29,916 nt of DNA, taken from the IMG/VR virus record IMGVR_UViG_3300005764_000060, positions 1 through 29,916 of that record; one strand, 5' to 3'. The notes below the pieces were generated by a model, which made no database searches, had not been told where the DNA came from, and saw only the letters and a program-made list of their open reading frames with translations. Below are positions 8,971-17,442 of this stretch, piece after piece; positions within the stretch are counted from its first letter, which is position 1; every line of letters starts with the position of its first letter. A program made the translations under genes and the position numbers. The DNA comes from a virus. Taxonomy: Duplodnaviria > Caudoviricetes.

Positions 8971-9279
8971 TCACGTTGGTATCTTGCTTTTCTCGGCGTG
9001 GAATGGCGCCTGCGCGACCTGGGTGAACGGAAACACGGTCCTGCGTAGCCCGGTCACCGGGTCGTAGTGCTTCTCCAGCAGCAGCGTCTTGGCGTGACCG
9101 AACAGCTGGTCGACCAGCTCCTCCGCGGCCTTGCGAGTGGGCGTGCTCTGGCGGATGACATTGGCCAGGAGATTGATCGCCACGCCGATGACGAGGGGCT
9201 GCGCCGCGCCGCTGCACTCGCGCGCGACCCGCTCGAAGAGTTCCTGCTCCAGTCCTTTGCCCATGATGGGATCGTTCAT
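8971..9279 (-). CDS. Hypothetical protein (102 aa)
   Basis: Start re-assigned to ATG 9279 (ATGA overlap with the upstream stop); MNDPIMGKGLEQELF... Confidence 0.7.
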   Translation of the reverse strand: MNDPIMGKGLEQELFERVARECSGAAQPLVIGVAINLLANVIRQSTPTRKAAEELVDQLFGHAKTLLLEKHYDPVTGLRRTVFPFTQVAQAPFHAEKSKIPT

Positions 9280-9707
9280 AGCTGGAAAATCCCCGCGTCG
9301 TTCCAGTCGACAACGATGTTGCCGCCGTTGGCCAGGACCGGGAATCCGATGATGGCGGTGTCCTCGTAGAGCACCAGCCGCCACGTAGTGTTGGCACCGG
9401 TGTTCTTCCGAAAGATCGCGAACGCACCCACGGTGGTGCCGGTGACATTCACGAACACCATGGTGTCGCCCTTGAACACGCCACCGGTGTCGACAACTGG
9501 CGTGCTGATCGCCAGCTCGGTACCCTGGATGGCGCTGAGGCTCGTATAGAACTGATGGGTGTCCGAGTAGGTGTAATGCCCACCTGGACTGGCGATATCC
9601 AGAAGCACCAAGTAGGTGCCGTTCGCGCCGGTCTGATCGAGCGACTTGTTGGCGTCCAGCTCGGTCAGCAGGGACTGCTTGAAGTGTGGATATACTGCGT
9701 TTGCCAT
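9276..9707 (-). CDS. Virion structural protein (appendage/fibre base family)
   Basis: MANAVYPHFKQSLL...NGGNIVVDWNDAGIFQL, termini recurrent in phage structural proteins. Confidence 0.7.
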   Translation of the reverse strand: MANAVYPHFKQSLLTELDANKSLDQTGANGTYLVLLDIASPGGHYTYSDTHQFYTSLSAIQGTELAISTPVVDTGGVFKGDTMVFVNVTGTTVGAFAIFRKNTGANTTWRLVLYEDTAIIGFPVLANGGNIVVDWNDAGIFQL

Positions 9708-9717
9708 GGGCGTTGTC

Positions 9718-9963
9718 TCATACGACGACGACGGGAATCGCCATTGATGGATTCTGCGGCAATGCCGTGTCCACCGTCCACACGATCGGAATCGGATCGA
9801 CCTGGGCGTAGGGCACGCCGGTGAGCACCCGCACCACCTGTACGCTGGTCGGCTTCATCGGCACCGAGCCCGCGGCGAACACCTTGACTGGAATCGGCAT
9901 CACAGGCGCGACCGGCGCGATTCCGCTGGAGAGGCAGAGCTGGGCGTTCAATGGTGCCGTCAC
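9718..9963 (-). CDS. Hypothetical Pro/Val-rich protein
   Basis: GTGA overlap with the upstream stop; fills the operon gap. Confidence 0.65.
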   Translation of the reverse strand: MTAPLNAQLCLSSGIAPVAPVMPIPVKVFAAGSVPMKPTSVQVVRVLTGVPYAQVDPIPIVWTVDTALPQNPSMAIPVVVV

Positions 9964-10271
9964 GGTATCCTCGGCGGTACGTAGTCGGGGTCATGCAGTG
10001 TGTGGTCTGCCGGGCTCGGGCGCTCCTTGCGCGGGTTGAGGATCGGCACCGGGTCGGCGGGCAGGGCCTTGGTGCGCAGCGCATAGTTGGGCGCATCCCA
10101 GCACTTCGGGCACACGAGGTGACCCGTCCGGCGTATCTCAACGCCCATCCATTGGACCTGCCAGCGCAGATCGCGGTGGTTGTACTGGAAGCCGCACATG
10201 TCGCAGATCGCAAACGCCGCGGGCTTTTGCGGATCGAGCTTGGCGTGGCCTTTGGGTGCAAAGCCGCCCAT
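9960..10271 (-). CDS. Conserved phage CxxC...CxxC protein next to the adaptor
   Basis: AICDMCGFQY...LVCPKCWD...DPVPILNPR; TGATG coupling to the upstream gene. Confidence 0.8.
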   Translation of the reverse strand: MGGFAPKGHAKLDPQKPAAFAICDMCGFQYNHRDLRWQVQWMGVEIRRTGHLVCPKCWDAPNYALRTKALPADPVPILNPRKERPSPADHTLHDPDYVPPRIP

Positions 10272-10978
10272 CAGTACACCGCGCTCGTGTAGATGCTCAT
10301 CGCCGGAACGATCCTCATCGAACTCTTCTCGACGTCGCGGTTCTTCGCAGTGTTGAAGCTGTCATCCGCCAGCGTCTTGAGCCCAGGCGCCAGCTGCGGC
10401 GCATGGTGCACAGCGATCCGCCACGCGAGGCCACCGACATAGGCGTCGAGGAACCGGTAAGGCGTCTCGGGCTGTAGCCCATCACCCAGCACCGCGTCCT
10501 GGATTTGCCGCGCGCGATAGAACTTGAGCGTGCGCGGCTCCGCGTCATCAGGCGGCTGCCACAGCACGACCGTCGGTTCGATCGTCTGGTTGAACCAGTA
10601 CTGGTTGGGCTGGCCCGGCGTGGTCTTGTCCGGGAATGCCGCATAGGTGTCGCGATCGAGCGAGGTGATCATGCGATCGCGGTCGGGCGAGGGGCCCTCC
10701 GATATCCAGGCCGCCATGATCATCACGGTGGACGGATCAACCGCGTACTCCGCGATACCGGGGACGAGCGTGATCTGCTGCAGGTCCACGGTCCACAGGT
10801 TCACCTGTTTGTTCGACCAGTCGCTCTGCATCAGATTGCATTCAGCAACCGCGTCGAGGACATGCTCGGGGGTTACTGCGCTACGGCGAATGCCGCAGCG
10901 CCCATACGCCGTGATGATCACGTCGCACAGCGCAGGCGAGAAGTCGTAGGTACCGCTGGTGTTCGTTCCGGCAACCAT
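10271..10978 (-). CDS. Head-tail adaptor/neck protein
   Basis: TSGTYDF...AYGRCG...WSNKQVNLW...K..PGQPNQYWF...PYRFLDAYVGGLAWRIA; first gene after the head module. Confidence 0.75.
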   Translation of the reverse strand: MVAGTNTSGTYDFSPALCDVIITAYGRCGIRRSAVTPEHVLDAVAECNLMQSDWSNKQVNLWTVDLQQITLVPGIAEYAVDPSTVMIMAAWISEGPSPDRDRMITSLDRDTYAAFPDKTTPGQPNQYWFNQTIEPTVVLWQPPDDAEPRTLKFYRARQIQDAVLGDGLQPETPYRFLDAYVGGLAWRIAVHHAPQLAPGLKTLADDSFNTAKNRDVEKSSMRIVPAMSIYTSAVY

Positions 10979-11078
10979 CTTGATCCAGCTTCCTTATGTG
11001 CGGAGAGGCCGGACCTCCGTAAGCCAGGGAGGCACATGGCGATCCGACCTCTCCTGTCCCGCGGGGCTGCCGCAGGTA
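10979..11078 (-). promoter_or_regulatory. Structured intergenic RNA element
   Basis: 14-bp stem (11041-11054 with 11002-11015) whose two G-U pairs work only on the minus strand, plus a 7-bp hairpin at 11058-11076. Confidence 0.55.
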
Positions 11079-11819
11079 TCACCCGATGTCCGGGTACTTG
11101 GCTTTCACCTTGGCGCGCACCGCCGCTGCCACAGGTTTCCCCGAAGAACGCGCGAGCGCATTGCGTGCATGACTTTCATCGGGGATCGGATAGGACCCAG
11201 AGCCAGCTCCCTTTGGGCCCGTGCCTTGGCCGGGGAGCGCAAAGTCAGACTTCGGGAGAGACTGGCGCTGGGCAGCTGAGAGCTTGCCGCCGTCTTTCTT
11301 GCCGACGCCGCCGCCCTTCTTCATGTTGGGCCTGAAGTTGGCGATCCCGCCTCCAGGCCCAGTCAGCGCATTCCATATCGCGTTCCCCATCGCCCCGCCC
11401 GGTGCGGATGCTGGGAACCCGCCGCCAGCACCTGGGCCGGTGCCGGGCATCGAGCTTCCGCCGGGTGGACAATCCGTCTCGCCGCCGACAGCGCGCTTCT
11501 TGACCTTACCGCCCTTCTTGAAGCCGCCGCGCTCTTCCGACAGCCCTGGCCGCACGTAGCGGGAGATGTTGGATGCCGTGGTGCGCGGATTATCGAAGGG
11601 GCGCGCTTCTCCGGGAGACTTGCTCGTCTCAGTCTTCATGGCGCCGCTGAGCTTCTTGAGCCCGGCGCTGCGCTCTTCCTCGCCGGTCGGGCCGCCATCG
11701 GCGCGCTTCACCGCGCCGCCACCGGCCTTGCGATCAGCGCGGCGGCGCGAGGTGCCGCCACCGACCTTGCCGTGGAACGGGAGCTTCTTTTTCTTCTTCG
11801 CGAACGGGTCCTCTTTCAT
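11079..11819 (-). CDS. G/K-rich protein with xxxGG repeats and a C-terminal DUF6582-like module
   Basis: KAGGGAVKRADGG, FKKGGKVKKRAVGG, MKKGGGVGKKDGG; LPKSDFALP...YPIPDESHARNALAR. Confidence 0.8.
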   Translation of the reverse strand: MKEDPFAKKKKKLPFHGKVGGGTSRRRADRKAGGGAVKRADGGPTGEEERSAGLKKLSGAMKTETSKSPGEARPFDNPRTTASNISRYVRPGLSEERGGFKKGGKVKKRAVGGETDCPPGGSSMPGTGPGAGGGFPASAPGGAMGNAIWNALTGPGGGIANFRPNMKKGGGVGKKDGGKLSAAQRQSLPKSDFALPGQGTGPKGAGSGSYPIPDESHARNALARSSGKPVAAAVRAKVKAKYPDIG

Positions 11820-12049
11820 CGCCGTACAAAGCCTCCCTTGCGGAAGTGAGGCTCGCGATCGGCGCGCTTGGTCGCCGTCCCGCCACTCACGCTGGAGTGG
11901 AAGGTGTTCTTGGGGTTGACCTTCTTGGTGGGATTGGGCGGCCAGCGCATCGGCTTGCCGCCCTTACACAGTTCAGCCTCTTCGCCGATGAACTCGTCAC
12001 GTTCATCGCGCGGGGAGTTACCCAGTGGACCCGCAGGTTGACGCGCCAT
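11816..12049 (-). CDS. Small basic protein with xxKGG motifs
   Basis: GGGGAG ribosome-binding site; LCKGGK and FRKGGFV; ATGA overlap with the downstream gene. Confidence 0.75.
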   Translation of the reverse strand: MARQPAGPLGNSPRDERDEFIGEEAELCKGGKPMRWPPNPTKKVNPKNTFHSSVSGGTATKRADREPHFRKGGFVRR

Positions 12050-12072
12050 GGTCAGCTCCCCTAGCCATCAGC

Positions 12073-12984
12073 TCAGCTCGTCGGATAGGTGCCGTATACC
12101 GCGCGCCAGTCGAAGTACGAGAACGTGTAGCGTTCGCGTCCTTTGACTTTGAGGTTGTCGGTGTCGAAGTCGACGTACATGTCCATCTCGAACGGAACCC
12201 TATCGTAATAAATTAGGCCCCGTTTGTCGGTCTTGATGAACCACGCGAAGTTCGACGTCAGGAACTCGTTGACGATGTAGTCGCGCAGTCCGCCGCCGAC
12301 GTGCTGGATAGCGTTGACGTCGTTGTCGTTGGTGCCGGGTCGCAGCTCAGTCCGCAAGAGGCGCACGATCACCTGTTCCAGGGCAGCAGGAACAAGGACC
12401 AGCTCGGCCCGAGCTGCGATCTTGATGTTGCGCTCATCGACCCAGTTGTTGCGGATCACGGTCATCGCCGTGAGCAGCGAACTCTCGTTCAGGTCGATGT
12501 CCGCCGCCGGACGATTGCCCACAGCGCCGACGTCAGTCGGGTGAGCAGTGTCGAAGAGCGCCTTCTGGTCGCCGCCGACGCTCTGGTCGAAGACCGAGCC
12601 GACGTTGAAGATGTTGGCGGCGTAGATTTCCTTCGTCGTCGCGAACACATCCTGCAGGCCCAGGTTCGATGGATTGAACTCAGCCTTGTACTGGTTGTCC
12701 TCGACGGCCTTCCTGGTGATGATGTAGCCGAGACTCAGCTCCTTCATCTCCGCGCTGTAGAGCCAGCGCTCACCGGCCCGGTCATCGAAGTAGGTGCTGG
12801 CACCTTCCTTCTTCTCCTGGGCAAGCGGCAGATACGCCATCTGCGTGCGCCTTTCGAGCGCCATCTTGGATGAGCGTTTCTCGAAGAGCCGAGACCACTT
12901 GGTCTCGATCTTCTTGTAGCGGCCTTCCACGGCAGCGAGACCGGGGAAGAGTTCGTTCTTGATCGATGCAAGATCAACGGCCAT
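12073..12984 (-). CDS. Major capsid protein (HK97 fold, Mu gpT-like annotation group)
   Basis: 303 aa; IKNELFPGL, KKEGA..FD, LGYIITRKAVEDNQY, DFDTDNLKVKGRERYTF..DWRAVYG; strong GAGGAGG RBS; downstream of the scaffold. Confidence 0.9.
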   Translation of the reverse strand: MAVDLASIKNELFPGLAAVEGRYKKIETKWSRLFEKRSSKMALERRTQMAYLPLAQEKKEGASTYFDDRAGERWLYSAEMKELSLGYIITRKAVEDNQYKAEFNPSNLGLQDVFATTKEIYAANIFNVGSVFDQSVGGDQKALFDTAHPTDVGAVGNRPAADIDLNESSLLTAMTVIRNNWVDERNIKIAARAELVLVPAALEQVIVRLLRTELRPGTNDNDVNAIQHVGGGLRDYIVNEFLTSNFAWFIKTDKRGLIYYDRVPFEMDMYVDFDTDNLKVKGRERYTFSYFDWRAVYGTYPTS

Positions 12985-13012
12985 GACTTTCCCTCCTCAG
13001 ATCGCGCCGCGG

Positions 13013-13600
13013 TTAGACCGCCAGCACGCCCGGCTTCCAGTAGTTGGCGTTCCAGGCTACCTGGACGATGTTGTTCGCAGCGGTGGCGTCGTAGCCGTCG
13101 CTGATGTTGATGCCGTCATTGCCGAGGCCGACGACCTTGAAGGCGAGCACATCGCTGCCCGCACCGGCTGCGGGAGCGCCGAGCGCCCACTTGGAGAAGC
13201 CCGTGGTCGAGGCATTGACCACGACGTTCGCAGCGGAGCCGATGTCCGCGAGCGTGATCGGCCCGGCACTCGCCATGATCTCGTAGACTTGGTTGGGGTC
13301 ATCGATTATGCAGACGTCGACCAGCCCGAGCGCGCCCGAGCCCGGCCAGTAGTTCGTCCAGATGGGATAGCCCATCACCGATGAGAGGAACCTGAACCCC
13401 TCGACCACGCCGACCATGACGGCGACGTCGGTGGCAGCTGCGACGGCAACCGTGCCATCCGCGAGCGTCTTGACGATGTCACCGCGGTTACAGGCGCCCG
13501 CAGTGTTCTGCATCTTGCGCCAGTTCATCCCGCCCGAAGACGGGGCTGCGCCGCGATAGGTAACAGGACGAAGTCCGAAAGGTGCGTTGGTGTTCGCCAT
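13013..13600 (-). CDS. Capsid cement/decoration protein
   Basis: MANTNAPFGLRPV...GDIVK...VGV..G...IDDPNQVYEI family, directly before the major capsid gene. Confidence 0.7.
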   Translation of the reverse strand: MANTNAPFGLRPVTYRGAAPSSGGMNWRKMQNTAGACNRGDIVKTLADGTVAVAAATDVAVMVGVVEGFRFLSSVMGYPIWTNYWPGSGALGLVDVCIIDDPNQVYEIMASAGPITLADIGSAANVVVNASTTGFSKWALGAPAAGAGSDVLAFKVVGLGNDGINISDGYDATAANNIVQVAWNANYWKPGVLAV

Positions 13601-13706
13601 GAGCTGGCCTCCCCTCCCAGGGGTTGCCGGTCATTGGCGAGCAGCGCCGCTGTCCGTGCGGTGAAGTTTCCTGGCCCTCGCCTCCAGGCAGTGGAGGCGC
13701 CCGACC

Positions 13707-14279
13707 TCAGTCGGGGATCGAGATCGATTCGCGTGTATCGCGGTTAGCGTACACGACTCGCTGAGCGCTCCCCTCGGGGGTCTCCGCGACCTTGCGACGG
13801 TGGACCTGCATGGCCTGAGTCGCTGCTGACATTTCCTCATCTCTGGCCTTTGCTGTCAAGCGCATGGGCCGTTCCATGAGGATCATGTCCTTGACAATGA
13901 CCGGCCCCTCCGTGCCAGGAGGAGCAAACCTTCCAGGGAAGTGCGAGTGCAGCACCGGGCGCCAGCCCTGCTGATGGTAGGTGCGCTGCTCGGAGTAGTC
14001 CGCCTTGCCGTAGGTCTCGTAGCGCTTCCAGTTGAAGTCGATCTCGTTGTCAATGTTGCCCCTACGCGGATCGCCATGCGTGGGCGCGTAGCGCTCCAGG
14101 ATGTCGGTGATGTCGTAGGGATCGATGGCGGCGTGGCCGCTCCTCATACGCACGCGATCGGGGTCGACCCGCAGCTCGCCGTGGGTATCTTCGCGAAGTG
14201 GCGAGGTGCCGCCGGACAGGCCTGCGATCACTGCCTGGGGCTCAACGCGCGGGCTATCTCTGAAGGGGGACGGGATCAT
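13707..14279 (-). CDS. Conserved head-module hypothetical protein
   Basis: FNWKR...QQGWRPV....P...MILMERP pattern, between scaffold and cement genes. Confidence 0.75.
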   Translation of the reverse strand: MIPSPFRDSPRVEPQAVIAGLSGGTSPLREDTHGELRVDPDRVRMRSGHAAIDPYDITDILERYAPTHGDPRRGNIDNEIDFNWKRYETYGKADYSEQRTYHQQGWRPVLHSHFPGRFAPPGTEGPVIVKDMILMERPMRLTAKARDEEMSAATQAMQVHRRKVAETPEGSAQRVVYANRDTRESISIPD

Positions 14280-14466
14280 GTTGCTTCGCCTTCTTTGCTG
14301 CCGCTTCCGCCATGCACTGGGGGTGCCACTCTGCCGGGGCGTACCCGGCCCGCACGTAGCACTTGCAGCACATACGGGTGCCGTAGACGCGATGGTGCGA
14401 GGCGCTGCGCTCGCAGACCTCGCAGCCGCGGAGGAGCTTGCCGATGTGGTGGTTGGGCTCGCCCAT
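14254..14466 (-). CDS. Small Cys/His-rich (possible Zn-binding) protein
   Basis: TGATG coupling with the scaffold stop; CEVC...HH...CCKC...H..C. Confidence 0.55.
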   Translation of the reverse strand: MGEPNHHIGKLLRGCEVCERSASHHRVYGTRMCCKCYVRAGYAPAEWHPQCMAEAAAKKAKQHDPVPLQR

Positions 14467-15473
14467 CAAGTGATCGGCGTGATGCGCCCCTCATTCAGGA
14501 GCCTCACGTAATTGCGCACCCACTCCTGGATCGGGACGCCCTGCTCCTCGGCGAGCCTCCTCATTTTGGGTGTCGCCACGAAGGTGTTGCCACCGCTACC
14601 ACCCCCACCAGGGGCGCCGTTCCGCGCTACGGGTGCCGCCATGGTGGGGGCGCCCGCGCGAGCGACTGACGCCGGGTTGCCGCCGCCATTCTGAGGTTGC
14701 TGTGCCACGAGAGACCTCTCGATGTATTCGAAGTATCCGGGAGTATCGACCTGGAAGCCCTCGTCCAGCGCCCGCTCGTGAGCGTCGAGCGCGTTCCGCT
14801 TGAGCGTACCATCACCGCGCACGATCTCCGGGTGCTTCCTGATGAAGTTCTTGGTGGGCTCGGTGCGCCCCTGGATCGCCCGCTCGACCGGGTCGGTGGG
14901 CTGCTGCCGTTGCTGCTGCGGTTGCTGTGGTTGCTGTTGCGGTGCAGGACGGCGAGCCTGGGTCGTCATCTGCTCGCGCTGTTGCTGGAGGACCGCTTGG
15001 TCCCGTTTCAGCACCGCGAGGTCGCCGCCGACGCGCCCCAGCTCCAGGTTCAGGGCGGCGACCCGCTTGAAGTCGCCGTCGTGCATGGACTGCTCGGCGG
15101 CGGCGGCGAGCGAGGCCATGCGATCCTCAGCGGCCTTGATCTGGGACTCGGTGTAGAGTTCGTACTGGGAGACGCCCCGCCTCTCAGCTTCCTGGGCAAA
15201 CGCGATCGCTTGGTCGCGTTCGTTGGCGATGGTCTGCGCGATCTGGGTGACGCGCACCCGCTCCTGGCGCTCGGCGGCCATCTGGCGCTGGAGTTCTTCG
15301 AGCCCCTCCTGGGGCTTGGCGGGCGAGGAGCCGGGTCCAGGGACCGGCGGCGGCTTGGCATTAACGTCGGTTGCGCTCCTGCCTTCACCACCCTGCGGTG
15401 GAGACTCCTCCGGTTCGTCCAGGTTTACGACGATGCTCTCGTCTTCCCTTGCAGTGGGATTAACGTCAGCCAT
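14466..15473 (-). CDS. Capsid scaffolding protein
   Basis: Acidic N-terminus, long coiled coil, and a C-terminal helix-turn-helix (TPKMRRLAEEQGVPIQEW); sits between GroES-like and capsid genes. Confidence 0.75.
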   Translation of the reverse strand: MADVNPTAREDESIVVNLDEPEESPPQGGEGRSATDVNAKPPPVPGPGSSPAKPQEGLEELQRQMAAERQERVRVTQIAQTIANERDQAIAFAQEAERRGVSQYELYTESQIKAAEDRMASLAAAAEQSMHDGDFKRVAALNLELGRVGGDLAVLKRDQAVLQQQREQMTTQARRPAPQQQPQQPQQQRQQPTDPVERAIQGRTEPTKNFIRKHPEIVRGDGTLKRNALDAHERALDEGFQVDTPGYFEYIERSLVAQQPQNGGGNPASVARAGAPTMAAPVARNGAPGGGGSGGNTFVATPKMRRLAEEQGVPIQEWVRNYVRLLNEGRITPIT

Positions 15474-15512
15474 GTTGCCTCTCTTAACGCCAGCAGGGCG
15501 TTGACTTAAAGG

Positions 15513-15998
15513 TCAATAGACCATCCGCGGGTCCTTCACCCGCATCACCACCTGTGTGTCCTTGAGACGCCGACAGTGGATACGCTCGATCGTGAACTGC
15601 CGCCCTTCCATGATGTCGTACTGGACCCAGTCGCCGACGTTCACGTCCTGGCCACGAAAGTCCACGTTGTGGTCGTTCTGGAACGCCAGAGGTCCCTTGG
15701 CGATCACCAGCCCCACTTTCCCCTGCCACAGCGCCTCGTCGTGGGCTTTGTCGGAACGGTAAAGCCTTAGACCGGTGTTCCCGATCTCATCGAAGTCCGG
15801 CAGGTAATAAGTCGCCGTGATGATCCAGTTGTGGAACACCTCGATGTTGTCGAGCCAGAGCTGGCAGCGATCAAGCATGAAGGTCTTGGGATCGCTCCGG
15901 TAATCCTCGGCCTCCTCGGGCGTGCGCCAGGGCGGCATCGGCGCCTGCATCATGGAGCCGAGAGAAGGCGCGTTACCCAGGGGATTGATGATGCTCAT
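15513..15998 (-). CDS. Phage GroES/Cpn10-like co-chaperonin
   Basis: TGLRL...DE...GKVGLVIAKGPLAF...VGDWVQY...RRLKDTQV pattern. Confidence 0.75.
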   Translation of the reverse strand: MSIINPLGNAPSLGSMMQAPMPPWRTPEEAEDYRSDPKTFMLDRCQLWLDNIEVFHNWIITATYYLPDFDEIGNTGLRLYRSDKAHDEALWQGKVGLVIAKGPLAFQNDHNVDFRGQDVNVGDWVQYDIMEGRQFTIERIHCRRLKDTQVVMRVKDPRMVY

Positions 15999-16246
15999 CA
16001 GTTCGCCCTCATCCCTTGCCCGTCAGCGCGCTCGCGCGGCTCGTTCATCTCGCGCGCGATGTTCTTCATCACCTCGATCACTGCTTCATAAGCGTCGATC
16101 ACACCCTTGACGCGCGCCAGCTCCTCCATGGTCCGCGAGTTGAGCGCACTGCGAACGAGCCCCTGTTTCTCCTGGTTGCCGTGCAGCTCCCGGAGAATCC
16201 AGCGCTCCAGCTGAGACGCGAAGACGAGGTCCGCACCGTCAAGCAT
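15998..16246 (-). CDS. Conserved small helical protein preceding the GroES-like gene
   Basis: MEELARVKGVIDAYE pattern; TGATG coupling. Confidence 0.75.
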   Translation of the reverse strand: MLDGADLVFASQLERWILRELHGNQEKQGLVRSALNSRTMEELARVKGVIDAYEAVIEVMKNIAREMNEPRERADGQGMRAN

Positions 16247-16260
16247 CTACTTCGTGCGCC

Positions 16261-17433
16261 TCACTTAGTGCCATGCCCTTGCTGGTGATAGATCGAGCCA
16301 GACATCCCGCGAGGTGGCGGCGTCGAGCCGGGCTTCGGAGACCCGGTCTGACCGGGTTCGCTCTTCGCAGCCCTGGTTTTGGCTTTGCGCGCCTTACCAC
16401 CGGAGCCACCACCAGTAGCATTGGTTACGGGAGTTTTGACAAGCCCTCCAGCCGCCATCCCCCTCTTTTTGAACTCCTTTTTGATGAGCGCCTTGTCCTC
16501 GGCCTCGTCGTCGTGAGGAACGCTTCCACCCTTTTTGGCAAAGGTCGTGGTCGTCCCAGGCGCCGGGCGGCTCATCCACGAGGACGGCATGTTGGGCATC
16601 GGCACCACGTTGGCCTGTGCGGGCCGCGCAGCAACACCCGAGAGCGCGCCGCTCGGTTGCTCGGGGAGAGGTCTCCGACCAGGAGCCTGGGCGATCAGCC
16701 CGGCAAGGCCGCCACCCGCGGGGGCAGCGGCACCGGCACCGCCGCCGTACTGCCGCTTCAGGACCGCGCCGCCTCTTGCGTAGCTTCCCACCGATCCACC
16801 CTTTTTCGTGGCCGAGACGGCGCTCTGGACCTCGGTGGTCGGTGAGTTAGGAAAACCCTTGTAGCCCTTTCCCGGTGACATGCTCTTGGAGCCGATCTTT
16901 CCACCATCGGCCTTTTTTACGACACCACCGGCCTTCATGCCTGGGGGGCGCATGGGCGCACCACCCATCGGGGGACCGGGCGGGGGACCTGCAGGCAGAG
17001 CTGGCCGAACCGGCGCGAGCCCACCGCCTGGGGGACCTACGGCAGGGCCCGCACCGGCGCCGACCGGTACCGGGACGGGTCGAGGAACCGGCACCGGAGC
17101 TGGAACGGGCGCGGGAGCTGCAACGGGCCTGCCACCAGCACCACCGCCACCACCGGTGCCACCGCGGCCACCCGCGTGCGAGATGATGATGTTGGTTGTT
17201 GCGTGCGGGCGGCGGTGTTTGCCACCAACAGCACCGCCGCCCGCGAGTTTGTCGGGGCGCCTCTTCGAGCCTCCTCCTGAGATGGTGTACTCGCGCTGGG
17301 TACCGGCGCCCTTCGGGTAGCCGGTCTTTAAATACATCGAGGAGGAGCCGTGCGACTTCCCGGCCTTGCCGGTAAGCCGCTTCAGGCGGGCCTTCTCGGA
17401 GCTTTTCGCCTGTCCAGCGAACGGATGAGCCAT
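16261..17433 (-). CDS. G/P/K/A-rich low-complexity protein with many xxxGG motifs
   Basis: AGGAGG RBS; MKAGGVVKKADGG, KKGGSVGSYARGGAV, AKKGGSV, MAAGGLV; HDDEAEDKALIKK module. Confidence 0.8.
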   Translation of the reverse strand: MAHPFAGQAKSSEKARLKRLTGKAGKSHGSSSMYLKTGYPKGAGTQREYTISGGGSKRRPDKLAGGGAVGGKHRRPHATTNIIISHAGGRGGTGGGGGAGGRPVAAPAPVPAPVPVPRPVPVPVGAGAGPAVGPPGGGLAPVRPALPAGPPPGPPMGGAPMRPPGMKAGGVVKKADGGKIGSKSMSPGKGYKGFPNSPTTEVQSAVSATKKGGSVGSYARGGAVLKRQYGGGAGAAAPAGGGLAGLIAQAPGRRPLPEQPSGALSGVAARPAQANVVPMPNMPSSWMSRPAPGTTTTFAKKGGSVPHDDEAEDKALIKKEFKKRGMAAGGLVKTPVTNATGGGSGGKARKAKTRAAKSEPGQTGSPKPGSTPPPRGMSGSIYHQQGHGTK

Positions 17434-17442
17434 GGTTTCCTC

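Noticed and set aside
12060-12075. Stop read-through extension of the major capsid protein
   Set aside because: An in-frame TAG follows after three codons, and no slippery site was noticed.
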